A DNA stretch of 64,000 nucleotides from assembly GCA_021647765.1 (NCBI GenBank), contig JAKIUD010000005.1, positions 4,173 through 68,172 of the forward strand, given 5' to 3'. A program made the translations under genes and the position numbers. Shown here piece after piece: positions 39,121 to 48,303 of this stretch. The stretch's first letter is position 1, and every line of letters begins with the position of its first letter. The notes beneath the pieces were generated by a model that ran no database searches, was not told where the DNA came from, and saw only the letters and a program-made list of their open reading frames with translations. The stretch comes from Desulfuromusa sp. GTDB lineage: Bacteria > Desulfobacterota > Desulfuromonadia > Desulfuromonadales > Geopsychrobacteraceae.

Positions 39121-39726
39121 ATGGAAAGTTGGCTACAACAGTTTATTGGATTTCTTCCTGATGGTGGCAGCTATCTACTACTGCTCTTTCTGGTTGCCTT
39201 TGCTGAATCATTGCCGATGATAGGCTTGATAGTTCCTGGAAGTACCTTGATCGTGTTTGCTGGTTTTCTTGCCTCACACGGAAAGTGTTCTTTCATATTG
39301 CTGGGAGCGATAACAACCACTGGGGCACTACTGGGAGACCTGCTCAGTTTTTGGCTGGGGTTTCATTATGGGTCAAAGCTATTAAAGTTGAGAATTTTCC
39401 AGAAACAGCGTCGATTGGTTAAACGCTCTGAACATTTCTTCGTTTATCATGGTGGTAAAAGTATCTTTTTTGCCCGGTTTCTTGGCCCAATTCGCGGTAT
39501 TACCCCTTTCGTTGCTGGTCTTTCGGGCATGTCGGGACGATCATTTAGTATCTACGCACTGATCAGTGCCGTTTTGTGGGGAATTTGTTATCCAGGACTA
39601 GGTTATTTCGGAGGGAGTAGCTGGCAGGACGCACAGAGTTTATCTGCCCGGTTCGGACTAATTATCATTGTAGTCTTACTGGCAACGATTCTCCATTACT
39701 GGATCCGGCGAAACTTTAAGAGATAA
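39121..39726 (+). CDS. dedA: DedA family membrane protein
   Basis: FAESLPMIGLIVPGSTLIVFAGFLA...GKSIFFARFLGPIRGITPFVAG. Confidence 0.88.
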   Translation: MESWLQQFIGFLPDGGSYLLLLFLVAFAESLPMIGLIVPGSTLIVFAGFLASHGKCSFILLGAITTTGALLGDLLSFWLGFHYGSKLLKLRIFQKQRRLVKRSEHFFVYHGGKSIFFARFLGPIRGITPFVAGLSGMSGRSFSIYALISAVLWGICYPGLGYFGGSSWQDAQSLSARFGLIIIVVLLATILHYWIRRNFKR

Positions 39727-39757
39727 TAGAAACTGCTGATCTCACAAAGAACCACCA

Positions 39758-39935
39758 GATTAGCACTAATCTTCCACTTTGATAGCGTATTTTGGATTTC
39801 CCCTTGATGCACCCAAAATACGGGCATAAAGGGGAAGGCTGGGATGGGGGTGGATTGTTGCTATTTGCCCCTCTCCCTAACCCTCTCCCACGCCGGGGAG
39901 AGGGGATTTTATACAGCGGAAGATTGGTGCTAATC
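39758..39935. mobile_element. 178-bp MITE-like element
   Basis: The terminal inverted repeats GATTAGCACTAATCTTCC and GGAAGATTGGTGCTAATC match at 17 of 18 positions when one is reverse-complemented. Internal stems: GTATTTTGG/CCAAAATAC and CCCTCTCC...GGAGAGGG. The track ORF 39716-39958 reads through it and is spurious. Confidence 0.55.
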
Positions 39936-40003
39936 AGTAAAAACCATAAGGCAACCAAGCAAAAATTTCAAACTGGAACAAAGGCCATTTTTTCACATCA
40001 GCA

Positions 40004-41005
40004 TTAAAAACAGTATTGTACACCCGTAGTTAAAGAATAAGAACTCCAATTAACCTGATTCAAACGGGATAAACCTACTGTGCCGTCAGCAAAATAGGTT
40101 CTATCTGTACCGCTCTCTGTTTCCCAATTCTGGATCTTACCATCGAGTAACCATGACCAGTTTTTATTGAGAGAATACAGCCCCTTGATATTCCAGACCA
40201 TACCAGTTCCGGTCGTTTCTTGTTCAAAACTGACAGGATGAGCAAAATTAGAACGTAAATTCCAATCAGCCTGGGCAAAATACTCGACCCAATGGTATTC
40301 TGCACTGACTGTTATTTTAATTTTTTGATTCGCCTGGTAATCAATATTCGCCCCTAACCATGGCCCGTACCAGTAGGCGGTATAACTGCTGTCCAGGGAC
40401 GGTATCTGACCTATCGGTAGCGGCATTTCAGCATCTGAACCAAAAAACCACCAGCGATAAAACGGATTGGAAACGGTCTGTTCACCATCAGTCATCGACA
40501 GATCTTGCATGTTGAAGCCATAACCAATCAATGGTGTAATGGAAAGACCTTCGATGAGGCTCAATTCAAATATCGGCCCTACTGCCCCTGACAAATCAAC
40601 GGTAAGCCCCTTATCTGCATCATTAACCGAGCGGGACCACTCAAAAGTTCGCCCATCTGCGGCATAGTCAGAATCTTGCACATCGCCACCAAGAATTTTC
40701 CCAAAGGCAATATTTGCTAAAATCAGAGAATTTCTTTTCAGGAATGGCAGCTCCCCTATTTCCAGCCATCCGGTAGCCTGAATTTGAAATATTTCAAGGT
40801 CTTCCCAACTCAGTTCAGAAAGAATAGTAGGGTTTTCCCCGTTGATATCGCCAGAGATATTCCAATCAAGTTGATCGGATCGGTAGCCAAACCCTACATC
40901 AACACCAGAAGCCTCAATATTAAAGAGATCAAAAGCTAATACTGAACGAACTTGAAGCAGATTGAAGGACAAAAGGAGGACAAGGAAACAAAAAAAACAG
41001 CGCAT
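40004..41005 (-). CDS. outer-membrane beta-barrel protein, omptin / Protochlamydia-OMP-like
   Basis: Signal peptide, alternating beta pattern, terminal aromatic residue (YCF). GGDVQDSDY resembles the omptin GGxMxDxDW Asp pair; EYHW is a possible counterpart of the D-x-H dyad. Confidence 0.55.
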   Translation of the reverse strand: MRCFFCFLVLLLSFNLLQVRSVLAFDLFNIEASGVDVGFGYRSDQLDWNISGDINGENPTILSELSWEDLEIFQIQATGWLEIGELPFLKRNSLILANIAFGKILGGDVQDSDYAADGRTFEWSRSVNDADKGLTVDLSGAVGPIFELSLIEGLSITPLIGYGFNMQDLSMTDGEQTVSNPFYRWWFFGSDAEMPLPIGQIPSLDSSYTAYWYGPWLGANIDYQANQKIKITVSAEYHWVEYFAQADWNLRSNFAHPVSFEQETTGTGMVWNIKGLYSLNKNWSWLLDGKIQNWETESGTDRTYFADGTVGLSRLNQVNWSSYSLTTGVQYCF

Positions 41006-41032
41006 TTAATGACCCACAGTAAAATAGCTTTA

Positions 41033-41064
41033 AAAAAGGCCACCCGCTTGGAGGGATGGCCTTC
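41033..41064 (-). terminator. terminator of acnB
   Basis: Minus strand AAGGCCA-N14-TGGCCTT followed by TTTTAAAGC. Confidence 0.55.
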
Positions 41065-41092
41065 ATCATATCAACCCATAGGAATAAGAAAT

Positions 41093-43648
41093 TTAAATAT
41101 CACAACGTTTATAAACAGCGTCAAACTCACCCAACTTGTCAAACTGCAAATAGTCGTAAACTTCATCCTTAAATGGAGATATCTTCTCTTTATAAACAGC
41201 CAGATATTCGGCAGGTGTCGGCAATTTACCATTCAATGCCGTAACGGCACCTAACTCGGCACTGCCAAGATAGACCTGTGCTCCATTGCCGATCCGATCA
41301 TCAAAGTTACGGGTTGAGGTTGAGAACATATTTACCCCATCGGGAACCCGCGCCTGGTTCCCCATGCACAGAGAGCACCCCGGAGTTTCTATCCGGGCAC
41401 CAACCTGATTAAAGATGGCAAAATAGGCCTCACTTTTCAGTTTGGATTGATCCATCCGGGTTGGTGGACAAATCCAGATACGATCATTGGGATTAAAATT
41501 ATGTCCTTCCCAAATTTTGGCGGCAGCGCGGAAATGACCAATATTGGTCATACAGGAACCAATAAAAATATCCTTAATTTCGGTTCCCTGAACTTCAGAC
41601 AAAACCTTGACATCATCGGGATCATTCGGGCAAGCCAGAATAGGCTCAGTGATTTCAGTCAGATCAATTTCGATCACTGCTGCGTATTCAGCATCAGCAT
41701 CAGCTTCAATCAGTTGTGGATTTTTCAACCAGTCTTTAACCGCATCTATCCGATTCTGCAAAGTCTGCGCATCCTGATAACCATCAGCGATCATTTTTTC
41801 CATCAGTGCAATATTTGAGTGAAGGTAGGTACAGACGCTCTCTTCAGACAGCTTGATACAACCGGCTGCTGCTGAACGCTCGGCAGCGGCATCAGTCAGT
41901 TCAAAAGCCTGTTCAACAGAGAGGTTTGGCAAACCTTCCATCTCCAGAATTTTGCCATTAAAAATATTGATTTTGTTCTTTTTAGGCACCGTCATCAAGC
42001 CCTGCTTAATCGCCCAGAGAGGGATAGCATTCACCGCATCACGTAAAGTGATCCCTTCGTTAAACTCCCCCTTGAACCGAACCAGCACTGATTCAGGCAT
42101 ATCCAGAGGCATAAACCCAAGAGCCCCGGCAAAAGCAATCAGACCTGAACCAGCAGGAAAACTGATGCCGATGGGGAAGCGGGTGTGAGAGTCACCACCA
42201 GTACCAACAGTATCTGGCACCAAGAGGCGGTTCAACCAACTATGAATAACTCCATCACCGGGATTCAAAGGGACACCAGCGCGATCAGAGATAAACTTGG
42301 GCAAAGTATTGTGCATCAGCACATCAGCTGGTTTTGGATAAGCAGCAGTGTGACAGAAAGACTGCATGAACATTGGTGACTGAAAGCGCAGACACGCCAG
42401 TTCTTTCAACTCATCAGCAGTCATGGGACCGGTCGTATCCTGAGAGCCAACTGTGGTCATCTTCGGCTCGCAAGCGGTTCCTGGAAGAATCCCATCCACA
42501 CCACAAGCACGTCCAACCATCTTTTGCGCCTGAGTGTAACCCTGATTCGCTTTTGGAGTTGGATTGTCGGCTTTAGCAAAGATATCGGGCTCAGCTACGC
42601 CGTTAGCAGCACACGCCAGGGTGGTCACAGAACGCCCGATGATTAGAGGAATCCGACCACCGGCACGATATTCATCTGGCACGGTATCAGGTTTGATCTC
42701 GAAGGTAGAAACAACCTCACCAGCTTCGTTCGTCACTTCACCTTTTGCGGTATTAATGGTGATAACATCACCCATGTTCATTTTAGTGACATCCATTTTC
42801 AACGGTAATGCACCTGAATCCTGAGCCGTATTAAAGAAAATTGGAGCAATGACGCTGCCGATAATCACCCCACCGCGGCGCTTGTTAGGGACAGCGGGAA
42901 TATCATCACCAATACACCACAAAACACTGTTACAAGCCGATTTACGGGAAGAACCGGTACCGACAACATCACCGACAAACGCGACCTGATGACCAGCTTC
43001 ACGCCACTTGGCAATTTCCTCAATGCCACCGGGAAAACGGGTCTTGCCCATTGCCAGAGCATGCAGCGGAATATCGGGACGACTCCAGGCATCACCAGCG
43101 GGAGAAAAATCATCGGTATTAATCTCTCCTTCAACTTTAAATACTTTGACAGTGATGATTTCAGGCATTTCGGGTTTGTTAGTAAACCACTCTGCCTTAG
43201 CCCAGCTATCAACAACTTGTTTTGCCGCACTGTTACTTTTGGCCAATTCAATGACTTGCTCAGCAGCATCGTAGACATAGGTCATACCTGACAATGCTTT
43301 GGCGGCTTCGTCAGCTAACCCGGTATCACTTAGAGCAGCAATCAACGGCTGAACATTATAGCCACCAATCATGGTGCCAAGAATCTGCACTGCTTTAACT
43401 TTGTCGATCAAGGGGGAAGATTTGCTTCCAGCGACAATCTCTGCGAGAAAAGCAGCTTTAACTTCAGCTGCCGGGTCAACTCCAGGAGACACCCGCTCAG
43501 TCAGCAAATTAAGCAAAAAATCTTCTTTGCCTGCGGGAGGGTTCTGTAGCAGATCACAAAGACCAGCTGTCTGCTCAGGATTCAATGGTAGAGCTGGTAT
43601 TCCCTGCGCATTCCGTTCTTCTTCCAACTTCAGATAAGCTTCGATCAT
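41093..43648 (-). CDS. acnB: bifunctional aconitate hydratase 2 / 2-methylisocitrate dehydratase
   Basis: 851 aa with the AcnB-specific N-terminal HEAT-like and swivel domains (MIEAYLKLEEERNAQGIPALPLNPEQ) and Fe-S ligand Cys motifs. Confidence 0.95.
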   Translation of the reverse strand: MIEAYLKLEEERNAQGIPALPLNPEQTAGLCDLLQNPPAGKEDFLLNLLTERVSPGVDPAAEVKAAFLAEIVAGSKSSPLIDKVKAVQILGTMIGGYNVQPLIAALSDTGLADEAAKALSGMTYVYDAAEQVIELAKSNSAAKQVVDSWAKAEWFTNKPEMPEIITVKVFKVEGEINTDDFSPAGDAWSRPDIPLHALAMGKTRFPGGIEEIAKWREAGHQVAFVGDVVGTGSSRKSACNSVLWCIGDDIPAVPNKRRGGVIIGSVIAPIFFNTAQDSGALPLKMDVTKMNMGDVITINTAKGEVTNEAGEVVSTFEIKPDTVPDEYRAGGRIPLIIGRSVTTLACAANGVAEPDIFAKADNPTPKANQGYTQAQKMVGRACGVDGILPGTACEPKMTTVGSQDTTGPMTADELKELACLRFQSPMFMQSFCHTAAYPKPADVLMHNTLPKFISDRAGVPLNPGDGVIHSWLNRLLVPDTVGTGGDSHTRFPIGISFPAGSGLIAFAGALGFMPLDMPESVLVRFKGEFNEGITLRDAVNAIPLWAIKQGLMTVPKKNKINIFNGKILEMEGLPNLSVEQAFELTDAAAERSAAAGCIKLSEESVCTYLHSNIALMEKMIADGYQDAQTLQNRIDAVKDWLKNPQLIEADADAEYAAVIEIDLTEITEPILACPNDPDDVKVLSEVQGTEIKDIFIGSCMTNIGHFRAAAKIWEGHNFNPNDRIWICPPTRMDQSKLKSEAYFAIFNQVGARIETPGCSLCMGNQARVPDGVNMFSTSTRNFDDRIGNGAQVYLGSAELGAVTALNGKLPTPAEYLAVYKEKISPFKDEVYDYLQFDKLGEFDAVYKRCDI

Positions 43649-43758
43649 CTCTCTCCTCCAAGTATCAAGTTTTGCAGCTCAAGCTGCTCCATAGACTAAG
43701 TAGTCAACAGTTTCTGGCTCACTGAAAAAGACTAAAATATGAGCAAAATCGTGCATAC

Positions 43759-43786
43759 TGTATACGATTTAACGCTGTTTTGTCAA
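43759..43786 (-). promoter_or_regulatory. candidate sigma70 promoter for acnB
   Basis: Minus strand TTGACA-N16-TATACA, about 100 nt upstream of the acnB ATG. Confidence 0.35.
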
Positions 43787-44258
43787 TTAACGGATCACCG
43801 CATTTATAGATATTATTCATCTTATTTTTCTTTCCGTTTTTTTAAATAAAAAGGGGTAAACCCAGCGTTGTCCGATTAGGAAATTGCAGGTACTGAACCT
43901 GCTGTAAAAACCCACCTCAGTCCAGAATGGCGCTAGTTTAAGCAGTATTGCAGTAAACTTGGGGCCGTCCCCAGACCCATCGGGGGCTGTTCTAAAAGTT
44001 TATGAGCCACGAAGAACTGCGGTAGTTCACACCACAAAAGCCTGGGACGATCCCCATGCAGGGACAGTCTCGGCTTTCAAAAAGGGCGACAGGGGAGATT
44101 ATAAAATATAGAGCTCAAATACAGCTACTTTTAATCATGCAAAACATCAACCAGACACTACGGGACTCAATCGGCGCAGTGTGACTTTTTCTGTCACGCA
44201 TCTGACATAATATAAAGATATTAAATAACTGCCAACCGATTTTTTTGGAGATTGTCTA

Positions 44259-44330
44259 ATGTTTGAAATACTTTTACTCATCATTATCGCCTTGATTTTT
44301 CTCAGTCAAATTCTACCAAAGGCTAGCTAG
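44259..44330 (+). CDS. 23-codon hydrophobic small ORF (MFEILLLIIIALIFLSQILPKAS)
   Basis: GGAG lies 8 nt upstream of the ATG. One predicted TM helix with a polar tail, followed about 100 nt later by a plus-strand terminator. Too short for the ORF track. Confidence 0.35.
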   Translation: MFEILLLIIIALIFLSQILPKAS

Positions 44331-44428
44331 CCCATTTTACCCCCCTAAAAAAAGCAAACCACACAATATCACCTTGAGGCGACCGATCCGTTGCCACAGA
44401 TTGTCCAGCTCAACTCCGCCTTATTTTA

Positions 44429-44486
44429 AGGATGGCTGACAGCAAATCCGGAACTGTCCCCGCATAGGGGCTATCCTGTTTTTTTT
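44429..44486 (+). terminator. hairpin plus T8 tract inside the right arm
   Basis: AGGATGGC...(inner CCCC-GCATA-GGGG)...GCTATCCT followed by G and TTTTTTTT. Confidence 0.5.
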
Positions 44487-44780
44487 GCGGTCTGAACCGC
44501 CGCGATCCATCGTTCATCGTAAATTTCTGGACATCACAAGTTTACTGCAATACTGGTTAAACTTAGTGCTACTTGACTGTACCTCCCCCCAAAAGGGTAG
44601 TGTCCAAATCTTCAACAGCAACTGTAAACTTTTCCGACAGTCTAAACTTTCCAACTATAAAATCTCTATAAATCAATAGGATACAAAAGGGGCATAATTA
44701 TTGCTGAGATATTCATTATAAATACTGAGTCGGAGGGGGCATATTATCTGAACATATTGATGCTTGAAGGAGCCCCGCAA

Positions 44781-44996
44781 ATGCTGATACCAGTTATTTA
44801 CCCGAACGGTAAACACGATTTAGTGAAAGATTTCGTCCTAACCAGACTTATTGCTGATCAGGACATTCTAAAGTTCAAACGAAGTCATGGATGGGTCAAC
44901 ATTACTGCTGATAATATTCGTGTTATTGGATCAACCTCACTCTATGATGGAGAAGAAAGACGCCAGTCTGAGCTGGAACCAGCTGAAATTTTTTAA
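44781..44996 (+). CDS. small conserved hypothetical protein (recalled as GSU3473-like, a Desulfuromonadales family)
   Basis: MLIPVIYPNGKHDLVKDFVLTRLIADQDILKFKRSHGWVNI...DGEERR. I moved the start to the ATG behind GAAGGAG. The family assignment is from memory and unverified. Confidence 0.65.
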   Translation: MLIPVIYPNGKHDLVKDFVLTRLIADQDILKFKRSHGWVNITADNIRVIGSTSLYDGEERRQSELEPAEIF

Positions 44997-45044
44997 ACTG
45001 GTCAACCTTCCATCATCCGCACCATTGTGCTATCTTACCGCGCT

Positions 45045-45521
45045 ATGCAGAGTCAAGAACCTTTCCATATTGTCCTGATTGAACCGGAGATTCCACCGAA
45101 TACAGGAAATATCGGTCGTCTGTGTGCGGGAACAGGTTCTCATCTCCACCTGGTAGGCAAACTGGGCTTTTCTCTTGATGATAAACATATGAAACGGGCA
45201 GGTCTGGACTATTGGCCAGAAGTAAAACTGCATCGCTGGGAATCGTTGCAACAATTGCAACAGGAGTATCCGCAAGGGAGTTTCTGGTACACCTCTAAAA
45301 AGGCAACACAGAGTTATACACATGCTGACTTTTCTCCCGGTGATTTTTTAGTTTTTGGAAAAGAAACGTTGGGGCTACCGGAAGATCTACTTGCCGCTGA
45401 AGGAGATCACGCAATACTGATCCCTATCCTCTCCCCAGCAGTCCGGAGCTTAAATCTGGCGAATTCCGCAGCCATTATTTTATATGAGGCATTAAGACAA
45501 ACGGGACAGTTGGATCAATAA
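45045..45521 (+). CDS. trmL: tRNA (cytidine/uridine(34)-2'-O)-methyltransferase TrmL
   Basis: FHIVLIEPEIPPNTGNIGRLCAGTG...LNLANSAAIILYEALRQ SpoU/TrmL motifs. Confidence 0.92.
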   Translation: MQSQEPFHIVLIEPEIPPNTGNIGRLCAGTGSHLHLVGKLGFSLDDKHMKRAGLDYWPEVKLHRWESLQQLQQEYPQGSFWYTSKKATQSYTHADFSPGDFLVFGKETLGLPEDLLAAEGDHAILIPILSPAVRSLNLANSAAIILYEALRQTGQLDQ

Positions 45522-45549
45522 AAAAGCCGGGCACATTGACCCGGCTTTT
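45522..45549. terminator. bidirectional terminator between trmL and htpG
   Basis: AAAAGCCGGG-N8-CCCGGCTTTT. Confidence 0.8.
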
Positions 45550-45580
45550 CTGTAATATTTTATAGTTTTACATCATCCTA

Positions 45581-47422
45581 TCAGATCACCCCAAGCAACT
45601 TACTACTCCGCTCAAGAAACCCGGCCATCCGCTCTTTACTGATCGCCTGATGCGACAACATAGCCAGATCGTAAATTTGCTCGATCAGCATATCAGCTAA
45701 TTCTGTATTGCCCTCATCCTGCAACTTAAGAATCTTTTCAACTGCGGGGCTGGCAGTATTGACCATCAGGGTGTGATCAGAAAACATATCGGGCATCTCC
45801 CCCTGCCCCATCATGTGGGTCATCTCTTTAAAACGACGGGACTGTTCATTGAGAAGAATCATCCCCGGAACAGTGTCATCCTTAAGTGTTTCGATACGGA
45901 TTGTTAGCCCCTTGATCTCATCAAGACCATCCTTAAAAATTTGCTCGATCCGTTCCCCTTTGGTTTTATTATCAGCACCTTCAACAATTTTATTAGAGGG
46001 ATCAGCTTCAAGTAGGTTCTCGGTTATATCTGCGTCAACCCTCTCAAATTTGATGTCAGTATTTTTAGATTCGAGAAACTGGATAAAGTGATTGTCAATC
46101 ATCGCGTCCAGAATCAGGACTTCCATCCCCTGAGATTTGAACAACTTCAAATAGGTCGCCTGTGTCCCTTCATCATTGGCATAATAAACCTTGTTTTCAT
46201 GTTTCTCTTTGGCGCGCTCAAGGTATCCCGGCAGAGTCGTGAACTTGTCCTCTCCAGTTGTACGATAAATAACGTGATCCTTCACCTTCTCGTAAAATTT
46301 ATCTTCACGCATCATCCCATACTTAACAAAGGAATGGATATCTTCCCAGATCGGCTCAAATGCCTCACGATCATTTTTAGCCAGATCAACAATTTTTGCC
46401 GCCACCCGACCACTGATAACCTCACGAATTTTGCGGACTTGAGGATCATTCTGCAGGTAACTTCTAGAAACATTGAGAGGCAGATCAGGGGCATCCAGGC
46501 ATCCCTGAAGTGGAGTCAGGAATTCAGGAATCAACTCTGGGGTGTTATCTGAGACAAACACCTGATTACAATAAAGATTGATGTGACTCTTGGTGACATC
46601 AAACTCATTGGTCAGGTGGGGGAAATAAACGATCCCTTTAAGATTAAAAGGAAAATCAATATTCAGGTGGATCCAGAACAACGGATCAGCCGACATCGGG
46701 TAGAGTTTTCGGTAAAACTCTTTGTATTCGTCATCACTGATGTCAGAGGCACTTTTTGTCCAGAGAGGATTTTTATCGTTAACCTCCTCTCCTTCAAGAT
46801 TAATGGAAACCGGCAAGAAGTTGCAGAACTTCTTGATCACCTCACGGGTACCGTCGGGATTCAAAAATTCCTTTTCATCATCATTCAAATGTAAGATGAC
46901 CTCAGTACCACGATCCTTTTTGTCGGTCGGTTCAATGCTGTACTTAGTTGTCCCCTCGCACTGCCAGTGTACCGCTTCAGCATCCTTCTGGTAAGAGAGG
47001 GTGCGGATCTCGACATTTTCAGCAACCATAAAGCTGGAATAAAAACCCAAGCCAAAATGACCAATAATCTGGTTTTTATCTTCCAGATCCTTAAATTTTT
47101 CAACAAAATCTTCCGCCGAGGAGAATGCTATCTGATTAATATATTTACGTACTTCATCAGCCGTCATGCCAATACCGTTATCGGACACGGTTAGAGTTCC
47201 GGCATCTTTATCAAGATGAACGTTGACCTTGTATTCATCAGATATTTTCAATCCTTCAACCAGATTGATATTCTGAAATTTATGAATCGCGTCAACTGCA
47301 TTAGAAATCAATTCACGCAAGAAAATATCTTTATCGCTGTACAACCACTTTTTAATGATTGGAAAAATATTTTCTGTATGAATAGAAATACTGCCTTCTT
47401 CTTTTTCTACCTTGTCAGACAT
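45581..47422 (-). CDS. htpG: molecular chaperone HtpG (Hsp90)
   Basis: FLRELISNAVDAI...GHFGLGFYSSFMVA; 613 aa. Confidence 0.96.
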   Translation of the reverse strand: MSDKVEKEEGSISIHTENIFPIIKKWLYSDKDIFLRELISNAVDAIHKFQNINLVEGLKISDEYKVNVHLDKDAGTLTVSDNGIGMTADEVRKYINQIAFSSAEDFVEKFKDLEDKNQIIGHFGLGFYSSFMVAENVEIRTLSYQKDAEAVHWQCEGTTKYSIEPTDKKDRGTEVILHLNDDEKEFLNPDGTREVIKKFCNFLPVSINLEGEEVNDKNPLWTKSASDISDDEYKEFYRKLYPMSADPLFWIHLNIDFPFNLKGIVYFPHLTNEFDVTKSHINLYCNQVFVSDNTPELIPEFLTPLQGCLDAPDLPLNVSRSYLQNDPQVRKIREVISGRVAAKIVDLAKNDREAFEPIWEDIHSFVKYGMMREDKFYEKVKDHVIYRTTGEDKFTTLPGYLERAKEKHENKVYYANDEGTQATYLKLFKSQGMEVLILDAMIDNHFIQFLESKNTDIKFERVDADITENLLEADPSNKIVEGADNKTKGERIEQIFKDGLDEIKGLTIRIETLKDDTVPGMILLNEQSRRFKEMTHMMGQGEMPDMFSDHTLMVNTASPAVEKILKLQDEGNTELADMLIEQIYDLAMLSHQAISKERMAGFLERSSKLLGVI

Positions 47423-47578
47423 TATTTTGTTTCTCCTTAGATAACTGATTGATTAAACGAGCCGAAAAATAAAAAGCCAGGGGAAGTTTGTCTAGAAAAA
47501 GGAGCAAAGATAATAAAAAAAGGGCTCGCCCATGACAAGACCTTTTTTATTCTCGCATAATTATTTTTTCCTGGCAGA

Positions 47579-48055
47579 TTAATTTTCAGTTAAAAAGTGT
47601 TTTTCATAAAATTCTTCAAGATTACTGAGATGACGGGTTTCATCTGCGAGCAAACGTTGGAAGAGATCAGCCATGGGTGCACCCTCACAACCACTCATCA
47701 ACCTCTTATAAAAATCGACAGCGCATTTCTCCAGATAGATGGCGTGAGCCAGAGCAGTTCGAGCGTCTGCCCCCGGAGCGATCTCTTTTTGATCAAAAAC
47801 GTAATTTAAATTCATCGTTGGAATTTCTTGATGCAATTCAGCAACATTATTGTCATGTCCATCAAGTAGAGCCATCTCCAAACGTTGCTTATGATTCAAT
47901 TCCTCAATCGCCGCATCACGTAGAATCGCCTTTGCTTGACGGTCTGTCACAACATCAATAGCATGCAGATAATTCCGAAACCCTTCCTCTTCCATTTCAA
48001 TTGCTTTTTCAAGAGCCGCTTCATAAGTGTAACAAACACCTTTCTCTAAACCCAT
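47579..48055 (-). CDS. ferritin-like / rubrerythrin-family diiron four-helix-bundle protein (no rubredoxin domain)
   Basis: Paired E...ExxH motifs (EMEEEG / EELNHK and LEKCAVDFY / ADETRHL). Confidence 0.75.
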   Translation of the reverse strand: MGLEKGVCYTYEAALEKAIEMEEEGFRNYLHAIDVVTDRQAKAILRDAAIEELNHKQRLEMALLDGHDNNVAELHQEIPTMNLNYVFDQKEIAPGADARTALAHAIYLEKCAVDFYKRLMSGCEGAPMADLFQRLLADETRHLSNLEEFYEKHFLTEN

Positions 48056-48230
48056 AATCGTCTCCTGTTTGGAAAATTAAAAAAATATCAATAAATCAGA
48101 TCAAAACTGACGCTCAAAAACACCATACAACATAGTACATCCTGTCAGGTAAATAGTAGCATATTTGAGGTAACGAGTCACTCACCAATGATTTTTACTT
48201 GACTCTCTTTTTACCTATAGAGCCTCTGAT

Positions 48231-48303
48231 AAAAGTCGTCATCCTCGTGAAAACGGAGATCCGGTTTTTTGATAAACCAAGGCCGTCTGCGCAGAAATGA
48301 CGG
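48231..48303. repeat. family-A palindromic intergenic repeat, copy 2
   Basis: AAAAGTCGTCATCCTCGTGAAAACGG...CCGTCTGCGCAGAAATGACGG. Confidence 0.7.

Larger units (their letters stand above)
43918..44580. mobile_element. ~660-bp unit bounded by long diverged inverted repeats (non-autonomous element candidate)
   Basis: CAGTATTGCAGTAAACTTG at 43943-43961 is a perfect 19-bp reverse complement of 44537-44555, with imperfect extension outward (both ends begin CAGTC). The inner ~115 bp of each arm are about 70% alike by hand alignment. A possible ACCT(C) duplication sits at 43914-43918 and 44581-44585. Confidence 0.45.

Noticed and set aside
39716-39958. 80-aa minus-strand ORF
   Set aside because: It reads straight through the MITE-like element (PSPRRGRGLGRG...PPPSQPSPL low-complexity sequence) and has no SD.
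43928-43946. Sigma54 promoter (TGGCGC-N-AAGCA) at the left inverted repeat
   Set aside because: The GG-to-GC spacing is one nucleotide too long, and the equivalent position in the right arm lacks TGGC.
43649-44780. A known housekeeping ncRNA (tmRNA, RNase P RNA, 6S, SRP RNA) or a GEMM/c-di-GMP riboswitch in the 1.1-kb gap
   Set aside because: I could not find the diagnostic cores: GAGGAAAGTCC for RNase P, a tRNA-like 3' end with a tag ORF for tmRNA, the SRP GGAA tetraloop helix, or GGGACGCAAAGCC-type GEMM motifs. A covariance-model scan would be needed to be certain.
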